Shown here: positions 37,971 through 51,131 of the stretch, in pieces
Layout of the letters: each line of letters starts with the position of its first letter
Position numbering within the stretch: position 1 is the stretch's first letter
From: Camelus ferus
Taxonomy: Eukaryota
Assembly: GCF_009834535.1 (NCBI RefSeq)
Contig: NC_045696.1
Coordinates: 94,180,001-94,244,000 of the forward strand
Direction: 5' to 3'
DNA: 64,000 nt
Program-made: the position numbers and the translations under genes
The notes under the pieces: model-generated
The model's database searches: none
Told to the model about the DNA's origin: nothing
The model's input: the letters and a program-made list of their open reading frames with translations, nothing else

Positions 37971-40591
37971 TCCTCTTTACCTATTTCCATTTCATTTTGC
38001 TTGCTCGTCTTAATGTTGTACATCATGCTCCTTGAGTATTTTGTCTTATGTAATTCTGCCAACATAGCCTTTATTTCTGTGACCGTTTTACTTTCTATTC
38101 CACTACTTTCCTAAGCTCTTTCAGTTCACATTTCACTCCTTTGTTATACAGTCTCATGTTCTGTGATCTTCTGTACCTTTTATTTGGGTAGCTGCTTTAA
38201 AAAACTAACCACTTCTTTCGAGTGTTTTTAACTTATGACAATATTTTGGAGCTTCAGCTCTGTAACAAGTTTATTTTGGTGAGTGTTCTTTGTAACTTGC
38301 TTTTCCTATTTCTTTCTTCTCTCATGTGATGTTATGTTTGATAAGAAGAAATGCTGATTAGTTTTTGATGATGTGTTATCTCTGAGGGTGGCTCTCACCC
38401 TGCACCAGTAACTTGCAGGAGGTTCATTACAGGACTGGACAGTTTGTAGTGTCGTTGAGTAGTTCTTTTCTCCAGACAATATAAATGAGCAGTTGGGGGG
38501 CTGCTTCCATTTACATCACTATCTTTGGCTCTGTCCCACTGACTGAAAGCTTCCTGAAAATGAGGCATGTCAGTGGGATTCTTCATTCAGCTTTACTTAC
38601 CCTGATTTTTTGTTGCCATATTAGTTCATGGAAGCTCCCAACATGAGCCCACATGTTCTGATGTCTCAGTTGAGTTGATGTTGACTTGTGTTACTCACTT
38701 TGGAAATTCTGCCAAGTTAGTCTGAGATCTGCAGTCACAGGCATCCAGCTTCCCCTGTTTACCTCCCACTATTTTACCTTCTCTAAATCTGGAAGTCCTC
38801 ACTCATATTACTGTTATTCTGATTCACAGATGCATCTCCTATGTCTATTAAAAATAAATTTTTAATGTTTCTTGTTCTTTTTATTAACTAGGATAATATC
38901 ATCTTTTAAACTAGAGGCATAAAAATATGATTTTTTAAAAACAATGTTTAAGGATTACTCAAAAGCACTGGAAAACCTTTATAAATTTGAATTAATTTTT
39001 CAGTGTAAATATCATTATCACTCTTCTTGAAAACATAAGACTTCTGCCATATGAAATGTCACAAAGTATACTTATCAAATATAAGCTCCCACAGAATAAC
39101 CCAAATCCATTTATTTATTTAATAAAGAAGAATTGCACTTAGAAAACTTTGAAGTGATTATGAAATTGAAACTAATTAAGAATCTAATGTAATGTTGACT
39201 AACATGGCTAACAATGGAAGCATCTTCTCAGTAATTAACCATGCTGGACTTAGACTTCCACAGCGCTTATACAGATGCTTAGTTACAAAGGGCTTTATTT
39301 GGACGTTGTAAAGATTCCCCACAAATCTTTTATAATGGATTGCTAATACTCAATTTTTGCAGAAAAGGAAACAAAGTGGATTTTTTCCCAACCATCAGGG
39401 ACATGTTGATACATAAAATCCTATTAAAAGAGTATTTGAAGCAGAAATATGTAAAGAGAAAAATGGAGGGGTTTTGAGAGATGAGCCTATGTTTTCAGAG
39501 GAAAAATGTGCCTGCATGACAAGCACCCTCATTATATTTTGAGGGTGAGACTATCCGGGGGTAGAGACTGTGCCTTCCAGGTTCCTGTGGTTGGGAGTTC
39601 TGGTGTGGTTCAAATTTCTGCTTCTCCTAGTAGAAGTATGGGGCTGTCTACTTACATGTTTATTGTACATTCAAAGGTCGTCATGGAGCTGAAATATATT
39701 GTGTACTGTAACATTAAAAATACCACAATTATGCTTGAAATTATTGTTTAGTTCCACTGTCCTATAATCAGGAGCTACAATTTTACCATACCAGTCTGGT
39801 GGTAACCAATATAGTTTAAAGGGACAAAAACATATTTGCTAAACTTAAAATAAATATTTGTAAAAAAAAAAATCAGACATTGTTTATAAAAGGAGATTCA
39901 ATTAGATTGACAGAATGTTCAAAATAAATCTTAGTTGGCTTTTTCTCAGCATTCAGTCTCTTCATGGATATTAACAATTATTTTGTGATTTTATTTTTGT
40001 CCCTCATAATTTTTATGCTATATGAAATTTTACCACTCCGTATTTTTCAGATTTAATGTGTTACTTATGTTTTAGAAAGCCTACTAATATAACTTGTCTC
40101 CAATTGTCAGATACCTCTTCATTCTAAAAATGTATTTTTTCAGCCTATACGGTGGCTCAATAATGCATTTGATCAGAGAGCAATTAAAAGGGGCTAAAAG
40201 AGGGTCTATATTTAATAACAGCAAAAAAGCTCCCCACTATTTATATCTAAGGTCTATATGTTTCAAGAATACGTTATCTTTCCTATCTTTTGAAGTTCAT
40301 GTTTCCTGACCTTACTGTGACAAGATTTTATTTTCTATTTTTACTCCTTTGTAATCTGCCCTACTTTACCATTTTTCCTGGTCTGCATGCTCCTTTAACC
40401 AGTCTCAGCTATCAACCACAAGACTAGAGGAGAAAGTGTCTGCCACTTCTTTGTACTTCTGCCCTGCTTAGTATAGTGCTAACTTAGAGAAAATGCCTCA
40501 TAGACATACACGTGCTTTCCAACACTTGATCACAGCTTTTCCAGTGATGGAAAGCCATTAATGGGTTCATGCTTCTGATAAATTTTCATGT

Positions 40592-40640
<49 letters not shown>
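40592..40640. repeat. (ATCT)n tetranucleotide microsatellite, about 12 units
   Basis: Direct reading. Confidence 0.97.
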
Positions 40641-40795
40641 GATTGCCTCATCTCTTTTATCTCTCTGCTTATAATTATTTTTCTATCATTCTACCCAACT
40701 TCTTCACACAATTTGACCTCAGCACAGCCTCACATAATCTTCTTCTACAAGCTCCCAAGATTACCAAAAATCTATTTTGTTAAAAAATTATTTCT

Positions 40796-41390
40796 AACCC
40801 TACTTCAAAAAGACACCTGCACCCCAATGTTCATAGCAGCACTATTTACAATAGCCAAAACATGGAAACAGCCTAAATATCCATCAACAGATGACTGGAT
40901 AAAGAAGATGTGGTATATTTATACAATGGAAAACTATTCAGCCATAAAAATGACAACATAACCCTATTTGCAGCAACATGGTTGTCCCTGGAGAATGTCA
41001 TTCTAAGTGAAGTAAGCCAGAAAGAGAAAGAAAAATACCATATGAGATCACTCATATGTGGAATCCAAAAAAAAAAAAAAAAAAGTAACAAATACAAAAC
41101 AGAAACAGACTCATAGACATAGACTACAAACTTATGGATGCCAAGGGGGAGGGGGTTGGGAAGGGATAGACTGGGATTTCGAAATTTGTAGATACTGACA
41201 GGCATATGCAGAATAGATAAACAAGATTACACTGTATAGCACAGGGAAATATATACAAGATCTTGTGGCAGCTCACAGCAAAAAAATGTGTCAATGAATA
41301 TATGTATGTCCATGTATAACTGAAAAGTTGTGCTTACACTGGAATTTGACACAACATTGTAAAATGACTATAACTCAATAAAAATGTGTT
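40796..41390 (+). mobile_element. 5'-truncated young camelid L1 3' end (distinct 3'UTR variant)
   Basis: [37 protein letters not shown]; perfect TSD AAAAATTATTTCT (40783-40795 / 41391-41403). Confidence 0.93.
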
Positions 41391-42939
41391 AAAAATTATT
41401 TCTGCATATGCTGTTGCTTCTTTTTCTGGTATTACTCACATTTTTTAACACCATTTTTGTCTTAGAGTAAAAATAAGTATTCAAACCCATAGTGTCCTAA
41501 GAACTCTAGCCCCCTTCAGACTCCTCACATGTGCTCAGTGGATTGTCTTAAATGATCCACGCCGCCTCCTTCTCCTTTCGTTCTTTTTCCTTCTACTAGT
41601 GGTGGGGATAGCTCCTCTTGTTGCTGAATCCAAAGCAGCGACTTTGCTGACCACACCTTCTAAAGATTCTGCTGCTGCTCTAGCTTACTGAAGCTCCACA
41701 CCAGGAGCCTGCTGTGCGTGCTAAGTGCACTCTCGTATCCCTGGCGAGCAATTTCCTGTTGTGACTGGCTGCATCTCCCATTGCTGCAGAAACTAGAACC
41801 ATTATAGTGAATGCCTTGTACTTGCAGTTGGGTTCTTACCCTTTCAGATTTTACTTTCTCTTTTATTGCAACTCCTTTAGCCTAGAAGCCACGCAACAGC
41901 CTGGTCTGGCTTAAAGGACAAACTGAGTAATAATCAGGCTATGCTCAGAACCGTACTGATAACTGCCCTATTTCCAGTCTAATTCCTTGTCAGAATGTAA
42001 ATATATTGAAAAACTGTTGGTTTAAATGTTAATTCTCTCTTTAAAAAACCCTACTATTGAAGCAACGTGAAGTTATAAAAATTAGAAATGCACCATTCAT
42101 TTCTGAGAACAAATGATAAAGCACTATTTTCCCCAATTATTTTTCTATATGCACTTCCTCTTTATTTAGAATGTAGGATAAGAGTCACGGCATTTACCTC
42201 CTTCGAGGCTCACCTGCACTTAACACAGAGCTCTGAAAATAGGGAACCTGTTATATACAGTGATGATAACCTTCACTCTTAGATGTAGATAGTTATTTGA
42301 AAAGTATTAATATGAATAAAGCATTTCCATATGTTTAGTCCTTTAGTCTATTAGTTTAATACAATCATGGTTACTGGATTGACATAAATGCCATCACATA
42401 TATGAAAGAGAAAGTTGAGTAACTGTTCTTCACTGATTGCAAGGTAGAAGAGGGAACTCAAACACTAGCAGGAGAATGCTGACCACATGCTCCTAATACC
42501 GTAAACTGGGGAACATAAGTCAAATTCCAAAGAAAGGCATTTGATTTTCTCTCCTTTACTTTTATCTAGGAATTAGATCATCATCTGTCTCAGGTTTAAA
42601 CCAACAGCCAGACCCGGATAAATCATAGTAAAGAAGAAGGATAAATTTTCAGTGTTTTTAGTGAAGCCGTCTAAGGTCACTGGCACATCCAGCGCCTAGG
42701 GAGAGAGAGGATGCTAACTCTTTGAGTAATGGCTTATGTCAACAGATGTTACGGGTAGCAATGAATCCTAAGACATATGGGATCCAGGAACAATTATGGC
42801 TATGGACATAGTCTTTCATATTTTTAACTATCTAATTACAGAATGTTGCATTTCTATGCCTTCTGAGATCTCTAGTCAAATGCTTACTAAGCGTGTGGCA
42901 ATTTACTAAAGTATGTAGCATGAGGATGCTAATTCATAG

Positions 42940-43570
42940 GGAAATTATCAGGTATCTTCTGATCTAGAGAGCTTGGAAAATTGTGTGTTAAACAAAGTCA
43001 AGTGGATTTCCTTATTGTAGGGCTTTTCAGAGCTTTTATTATGCTAATGAATTTATAAATGACCAAGAGAAGAATATTATGATTTATGGGTTGGGTCAGC
43101 AGCACGAAACAGAAATCCAATTACACTGGCTTACCTAAAGAGAGATTTTTTTTCCTCCACATAAAAAGAAGTCCAGGGCAGGCAGTCCAGGGCTGGTTTT
43201 GTGGCTTCATTAAGTCATCTGAGCTCTTTCTATCTTTCTGCTCAGCTAGTGTTACTGGGTGATCGCCTACCTAAAGTTTTCAGGAAGAATCCTACATCTG
43301 TAGGCATTATATTACAGTTGCTTTCTTAGGTGTCTCACCCAGTAGGCTATTACTTAAATTTCATGCCAGAATTGGACCAGATGCTCTCAGGAAGTCTGAT
43401 GTCTGTGGAAGTGAGATTTTAAAGCAGGAACATTCAGTCTGAACCAAATCAGGATTCTAATGTTGAGGAAATTGGGAAGAATGGACATTGGGAGGCAAAT
43501 AACTGTCTGTCGCATAGCATTCTCTATGCTACTGGTGTCCCCTCATCCAATTCCTTCCTTGTTTCCTATG
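42940..43570. mobile_element. MER103-like DNA transposon split by MLT1J
   Basis: TTTCAGAGCTTTTATTATGCTAATG motif before the LTR; weak continuation after it. Confidence 0.5.
43085..43515 (-). mobile_element. MaLR solo LTR (MLT1J-like)
   Basis: AAGAAGTCCAGGGCAGGCAGTCCAGGGCTGG, CTTTCTATCTTTCTGCTC, GAATGGACATTGGGAGGCAA. Confidence 0.75.
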
Positions 43571-43742
43571 GACTAACAGGACATATGGAACATACTGATT
43601 CTAGTCTCTTTATATTCAAACAAACTGATACCCAAATATATAAGAAACTTGCTTAAGTTCACATGCTTCTAGCAGTTTCATTATTAGTACAATTTTGGAC
43701 AATTTGAAGTCAATGTCCAAGAAAATAGCTAGTAATAAACAT

Positions 43743-44626
43743 ATTTGCATTTCTCTTGATAATTAGCAATATTGAGCATTTTTTCATGGTATCATCTCTC
43801 ACCAGTCAGAATGGCCACCATTCAAAAGTCCACAAACAATAAATGCTGGAGAGGGTGCGGAGAAAAGGGAACCCTCCTATGCTGTTGGTGGGAATGTAGT
43901 TTGGTGCAGCTGCTATGGAAAACAGTATGGAGAGTCCTCAAAAGACTAAAAATAGACTTATCATATGATCAAGCAATCCCATTCCTGGGCATATATCTGG
44001 AGGGAACCACAATTCAAAAAGACACATGCACCCCAATTTCAGAGCAGCACTATTTACAATAGTCAAGACATGGAAACAGCCTAAATGTCCATCAACAGAT
44101 GACTGAATAAAGAAGTAGTATATTTATACAATGGAATACTACTCAGCCAAGAAAAAGAATAAAATAATGCCATTTGTAGCAACATGGATGAACCTGGAAA
44201 ATGTCACTCTAAGTGAAGTAAGCCAGAAAGAGAAAGAAAAGTGCCACATAGTATCACTTATATGTGGAATCTAAAAAAAAAAGAAAAAGAAAAGACAAAC
44301 AAACTTATTTACAAAACAGAAATAGACTCATAGACAGAGTAAACAAACTTACGGTTACCAGTTGGGGAAAGAGGTGGGAAGGGATAGATTGGGAGTTTGA
44401 GATTTGCAGATACTAACTAATATATATAAAATAGATGAACAAAAAGTACATTGTATGGCACAGGGAACCACATTCAGTATCTTGTAGTAAACTACGATGA
44501 AGAAGAATATGAGGACGAAAGTATGTATGTTCCTATGTGACTGAAATATTATGCTGTACACAAGAAACTGATATAACATTGTAAACTGACTGTACTTCAA
44601 TAAAGATATATTAAAAAAAAAAAAAA
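43743..44626 (+). mobile_element. Young camelid L1 3' end with a short 5' inversion
   Basis: 43743-43788 is antisense L1; from 43789 sense ORF2 C-terminus ([29 protein letters not shown]), 3'UTR and poly(A). Confidence 0.9.
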
Positions 44627-45614
44627 GGATGCCAAAGAGACTTGACAACTAAATGCAACATATGATCTTGATTGGGGCCAAGGAGGGGGGAAAGCTACAG
44701 AGGACACTTTTGACTATAAACTGTATATTAAATAATATTATTGCAGCTAAAAAAATTTATTTGCCTGGAAAAATCTGAAAGTATTTCTTTGAGCTGTTAC
44801 ACTGTTAGCCACTTTAGGCCTTTCTTTATCCTGTTTCACAATTCAGAATTTAAAAAATTATTTAGCATTTATTTTCATTTGCAAATTGAAAGGCTTAGTT
44901 ATTGAGATCATCATAAAAAGGACCAATTTTAGAAGTTCGAGCAGACATTTTTAATGTGGGCCATTTGTCTCTGATATCAGTTTTATCTGATTACTTTATT
45001 GCATATGCATGCTACAAGTGACAGATAGCTTTAATATCAGCGTGATTAATAGAATATTTTTCTTAGGTTCTCCTGCAGAGAAGAGTATCATGATGAAATA
45101 TTGATAAAGCTCTTCCAAGAACAGCAAAATTGTCATGGTACTTAACAAAGTCTTTAAAACTAGGCCTGTATTTTCTCTGACTAAACAAGTGAGATTTTTT
45201 ACAGCTGAAAATACAAATTTATATTATTTTGTTATGGAAAACCATCTTATGATATCTTTGTGTTCACCAAAAGAGGGTTTTTCCAATGACCTTGGTTCTC
45301 ATGGACTTAGGTTGTATTTGACTGAATAAGATTAAATTTGTCAATAACAGCAAATTTGAAAGTCAGTAAATTAGGAATATATATTCAAAATCACAATGTC
45401 TGCACTAATGAAACAAATGGTTATGAAAAGAAAATGAGTATTTCTTTAAAAATGAGAACATTCAGTAGTAACAAGTGGGGTACAGCTTACACAGAGAAGA
45501 AAAAAAACTTGGTAAAGAACATAAGATGGGACATTTACAAATGTATGTAAATAGTGAAGGAAAAGATCTTAGACGAAGGGAGAAAGGCAACAGAATGTAG
45601 AAATACAATACCTG

Positions 45615-45980
45615 TGTAATAGACTGTGTTACTCAGTTTCTCCCTGACCTTGCCCTGAACTCCTATAGACATTGAGTTCCCACTGGCATTGACCTTGACC
45701 ATGTCACTAGTCTAGGGTGATGGAATGTGAATAGGCAGAGTATTGAACATGCTTGTGTGGCTTGGCTGTGTCCCTCAGTGAGCATCTGCTTTCTGCTATG
45801 AGAACATTATACCCCAGATTAGTGGCTGTTCTTTAGCCTGGTACTTAGGGTGGGAAGATTTGTGGAGCTAAGTCAAGATCAGCAGATCTGCAGCTGATTA
45901 CAACCTTCATGTAAAGTGAGCAAGCGTTTGTTGTGAGATTTGGGGAATGTTTGCTGCAGTATCATAAGCTGACTAGTACA
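45615..45980 (+). mobile_element. MaLR solo LTR (MLT1H-like)
   Basis: CTTGACCATGTCACT..ATGGAATGTGA, CTGCTATGAGAACA, terminal GCTGACTAGTACA. Confidence 0.65.
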
Positions 45981-46429
45981 TCTGTCAGTAATGCAGGGCT
46001 GAAATACCTTAACATGGAAATGCATTCACAACGTCAAAAACATCAGTTAATCCTCCTGTTGCTCAGTGTTACCTAGATTGCCTCTGGTACTGTTTCTTTA
46101 TTTTTCTACATAAATTTGCCTTTATTCTTACAGAGAAAATATTAAGGAAAATATAGTTAGACAGTGAAAGAGCAAGTATTCCATAGAATCATACATTCAT
46201 ATATTAAAGTAAAAAAGTATTGACAGACACCTAGCAGATTCTGTTCCACATACCAGAGAAGTGAACAGTGAACAAAAATGGTAAATGCCTGCTTTTTGGA
46301 AGATTAAGCTCTAGTCAATGGAGATAAATAATCAGCGAGTCAATGAAGAAAAACAAGGCAGGATACAGCAACCATGAGTGACTGGAGGCAAGAAGGACTC
46401 ACTGAAGATACAGTATTTGTACCAATTGT

Positions 46430-46670
46430 CTAACGCAATGTAAGAACCTGGGCTTTGTCGTCAGTCAGAGCTGAGGTTGACACACAGCTCCAGCACTCAT
46501 CAGCTGAGTCCCTGGCCTTAGCTACGTTGCCTTACTCTTCTGATCTCAGTTGCTTTGATAGTAAAATGGGAATTGTAATATAAACGCCATAGGCATACTG
46601 GAGGATGAATAAACATTTAAAGGGATCAGCACAATATTTAGCACATAGTAGGTCCTTAATAACCGCAGTA
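46430..46670 (+). mobile_element. MIR SINE adjacent to an L2 fragment (46190-46400, minus strand)
   Basis: TCTCAGTTGCTTTGATAGTAAAATGGG..TAGCACATAGTAGGTCCTTAATA. Confidence 0.65.
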
Positions 46671-49600
46671 ATCTTTATAGCCATTAATAGCAAGAGACAG
46701 CTTAGGGACACGTGATCAGGTATTGCTCTTACTCTGAGGGGGAACTGGGAGTGGCTTTAGTCATACAGGTTCCACAAGAGGGATTTGCACAAGGTCTTAC
46801 CAAAGAAATTTTGTGAGGTGATGGGGCCAGCAGTCAGAAAACCAAAGTCTTCATGTCATGGAATAGAGAACAGGACATGGCAGTCAAGATTTGGGACATA
46901 TAAATCCAAGTACTGTAGCCTCAGGAGCCTGGGGCAGCATCAGGTACCAAGAGGAAGGAAATCCCAGTTGGGGTTTATCTGAATGAGTTGCTGCTTCCAC
47001 TGACTTTAGCGGCCTTTGTTGGCCTAATCCACATGGATCACTTAATAAACATCTTCCTTCTCTAGCCTAGAACATCACTCCTCTAATTTCTCTCTTTCTT
47101 CCAAAGACATAAAATAAAAGTAAAAATGGCAACTAACTGGATTCAGAAGACCTACATTCACATCTTCACTTAACAATTATCTTAGTTTTTTTCTTATCTA
47201 AAGTTACTTCATGTAATTCTATCAAGAGTTAAGTAATAAAAAATATATATTTAAAAACTTGTAAACTGAAAAAGCCCTATTCAAACATCCTTACCACCCA
47301 AGAATAAAAGTTCATTCACTTGTTCATTCATTCACTCATGTCCTGACTCACTGAACACTGATTAACTAACTGGGCTAAAACATGACTCCTATTTTAAAAA
47401 ATCTTTTAATTTGAGGGGAAGGTAGGAAACACTGCCTAACATCTTTTATTATAAAAGAAAAATAAAACATGCTATGAGTGTGGCGTGATAGAATTACGAA
47501 TATTCCCTCATTTTCTCCTCAGTTCTTTCTCCCTGCCTCACCCAATGCAAAAGCAAATTTTAAACAGTAGAAGATACTTGGATGCCAACTTGAGGAACCA
47601 GTTTTTCTTCTTTCAGAGACCAAGTAGATGGAGCCTGGAGAAGTGGATAGAAAAGTAAGGGTGGTAACAGGCAAAGGAGAGGAAGAATGGCCCGGAAGGA
47701 CAAGGAGAACCTCCTGCTCTGTTATCACCAAGGAAACGCCAGCATGCGGCAGTTCTAGGCACTTGTAAGACTCTGAGGGGAGGCAGGGTGTGGGGAGTGA
47801 GACTGGATACTGTGTGTGGGAACAGCGGCAGGAAAGGAGATTAAGACTCCTTGAATCAAAGTAGAACTGAATAGCTAGAGACCAAACCATCACTTTTTCA
47901 TAAAATTCACTATTTTATCTTTTCTTTAACCTGAGATGTACTTGCAAAACCTTTTCTGTTATTTTTACTTGAATGTGTGTGGATGTATATATATACATTA
48001 TTTTAAATGTGGATACTCTAAAAATAAGAGTAAGTTTAAAATCTGGTTTATTGTCAAGGGTCCTTTTACCAACCTGAGAGACCAAATGTCTGAGACAAAT
48101 GATTACTTAAACTCTGTTTTAAGTATTTACTAAGATTATTATAATTTATATAAACATTTTTCTTTTCTAAGACACAAGTTTAGACAACAAAGTATCAGGT
48201 AAATAATGTCAGCAACTACAAAATACATTTTCTAAAAAGGAACTTGGTTAACACTCATAAACACATTTCCTCTGTGTGGACTAAACCCAAATAACTCCTC
48301 CTCCTCCAATCTATCTTCTGGACATCGCCCACACTTCCAGCTGCTTGGAAGAAATTCACATTTCGGGATCCCACTGGTAGCAAACATTTAATTTGCTTTA
48401 AGCTGAATTCATTTCTCTTCCAAAACTTGATCCTTATTCTGAGCTTTCTCAGAAACTCATGCTCAACCTTAGAATTATTTTTAATCAGTGTCTTTCTCTT
48501 TTCATCCATGACTAGCGTCCTCATCTTATTCTACTTCCAGCACCAAGTGTTATAGGGTTGGCTCTGATATCACAATGCTACGGCATCGCTCATCTCTTTT
48601 GGGGAGGATACGGTATTAGTTAAGTTGTGACTAATAACCAAGTTGCAAAAAGACTCCTGTGCCCTTTTCCCACTCACTTCCCACAAGATAAGCTCTACAT
48701 ACTGTAACAAGGATAGAAGACAAATTACACATATTGCAAATTCCTGTGAGAAATCTCTTTGTCTAGCCAATTATATACACTTGCTACTTGAAGTTTATTT
48801 CAGAGAATAGAAAAAAATCTTGTCTTTTGGCACACAAATGAGGTTAAGAATGTTGTGATTTGATGTCACCACTGAATCTGCCTCAAATGAAGTAAGAAGT
48901 GTAACTGGATGTCACTTGGGGTCCTTGGTTTCTGCGCCAGGGAAGGTAATAAAACAACTTAGAATATACCTCTCCATGAAAATAACTGCTTAGTAACTAC
49001 ACTGAAGCCTGTCTGTGGGTTGCCTTCTCTCTGTATTTTTCCAGGGGACAAGTAAGCCAGGGGAGGTCAGGTGTCCAGGCTGCTTGGCCTATGAAGAAGT
49101 ATTTGCTGGAAGACTGCAAGCAGCATATGCAATATCTGGTTACTGCTTAGGATTTTCTTCATTAGATAATAAATAGGTAGTGAAACCTTTTTGAATTGTC
49201 TCTGTGTCTTAATGTCCTAAAACTTTTGTTCCATTGTAATGGAGCTAAACAAAACAAGGCCTGGTCAGAGGAATGTCAGCCTCTAGTTTTTGTAGGTCCC
49301 AAGACACTAAAAGAACTCGTCACATCCCTGTGTAAATGCACATGTGGCCATGCAGGCACTATGTGCAGAGGAAGCATCACAAGGTTGCAGTTCTGTGCCC
49401 TGGGCTGCCTACTCGATGTCTTCATGGGGAGACATCCCACTCTTAACATAGATAATATAAAGATTTTTGACTGTTATTAATTAATAATAAACATTCCTTA
49501 GTTACCTTACAGATATGATTGATGCCAAAGAGGTATATTAAAATCTCCCAGCATAAAGGTTTTTTTTCATATTCTCCTAATAGATATTTTATAGTTTTTT

Positions 49601-50169
49601 TTTTATAATATGAGTATAGTTGCTATGTTGTTTGATGCATGGGCTTATGACTGCTATATTTGCTTCATAATTATGCTTTCTATCATAACTTACTGTCTCT
49701 CTGTCTGAGTTAGTTACCGATCCTTATATTTCACCCTGACTAATATTATTTGTCACTCTTGATTTTTTAATTAGAATTTCTTAGCATCTTTTTGACCACC
49801 CTTACATTTTCTAACTCTAATTATCACATTAAGTTTGTTTGTTGTGGATAACAGATAACTGTTTTTTTTAAAGCCCATCTTGTCCTGTTAGAGAGACTTG
49901 AATTAATTTGTTTATAAAGTAATACACTTGATGTTACTTCTTTAATCTTAGCATACTGTTTATTTTAGTTTGGTTTTTTCCTTATACTTTTCCTATTAGG
50001 AGTGTAATCAGCTTTTCTTTTCCTCTTTTTTTTTTTTTTTTTCTTAATTATATACCACTTTTCCAACGTGTGAACCACCCACATGTAGGGTTAATCTTAA
50101 TGTCTGCATTATTCCAAATTTGATATATAAGTTACAAGAGGTGTCATGGATCAAGTGTGTTGTGGTTCT

Positions 50170-51131
50170 CTTTTTCAAAATTAAATCCTTGATCTCTCTT
50201 TCCAGAGCTGTTTTTCTGATCTCCTCAAGCCAGAATCCTGGCAGCCAACTCTCACTCCTGTCTCTTCCTCATGGCTACTGCCAATCTTTCAACAGGTCCT
50301 GTCAATTGTGTTTCCAAAATATCTGTCTACATATTCACATATTCATGGCTACAACTCCAGTCCAAGCAACTCTCATTTTTCACCTAGATAACTGTGCTAA
50401 TCTCAACTGATTTCTCTATTCCCTATAGGGAAAGAGAATGGGTAATATTTGCAAAATTCTTGAGAAACTTCTCTTGGTATTTGTCTTGTTAACCTCACCA
50501 ATACATTTTCCACACAACTTAAAAAGTATATATATATATATATATAAAACCTGACCTTATTTTTTACCTCATCCAAAATTCTTCAATAGCTTCCTTCCAT
50601 ATGGGATGAAATTTCAAATCCTTATCATTACATAACATGAACTTACATGACCTGACCATCAGCCTTATTCTTTAACTTCATGTCATACATACATACATAT
50701 TCTTTTTGCTCAAAATGCCCCAGACACAAGGGCCTTCTCTCAGCTTCTTAAATGTACTAACCTCATTCACACTGCTGGAGCCCCTCATGCCATGTTCCAT
50801 CTGCCAGGAATAACCTTTCCCCCTAAAAGTGTGCATCACTCTTTACTTCTTGTTGGTCAACTCTCTTCTTAAACATCGCTGCCTCAGAGACTTTAACTTG
50901 TTACTCAGTCAACAGTAGGGTCTCATTCTCCATCATGCTTACTTATTACAAATTGCAAGTAAGTCTTTCCTTGTGTGCTTCCGTGTTTATTGCCTTGTCT
51001 ATCAGCCTTTTCATGAGCCTATAGTGCCATGATCATTGTCTGGTTCACTTGATATACACAGTACCCCACCCCAGCCCTCTGCAGTTTTAGGCAGATCAGA
51101 CAGTGCCAGTAAATACTTACTGAATGAATAA
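50170..51131 (+). mobile_element. LINE2 3' portion
   Basis: CCTCAAGCCAGAATCCTGG, TCACCTAGATAACTG, AAATTCTTCAATAGCTTCC, terminal AGTAAATACTTACTGAATGAATAA. Confidence 0.75.

Noticed and set aside
40569..40961. 130-aa ORF
   Set aside because: Chance read-through of the (ATCT)n microsatellite into the L1 ORF2 C-terminus.
45067..45137. Possible coding exon (FSCREEYHDEILIKLFQEQQNCH)
   Set aside because: Weak donor (GTACTT) and unrecognised peptide; cannot be supported without RNA or conservation data.
49045..49176. Strong acceptor followed by short open frames
   Set aside because: Frames close within about 45 codons and match nothing I recognise.
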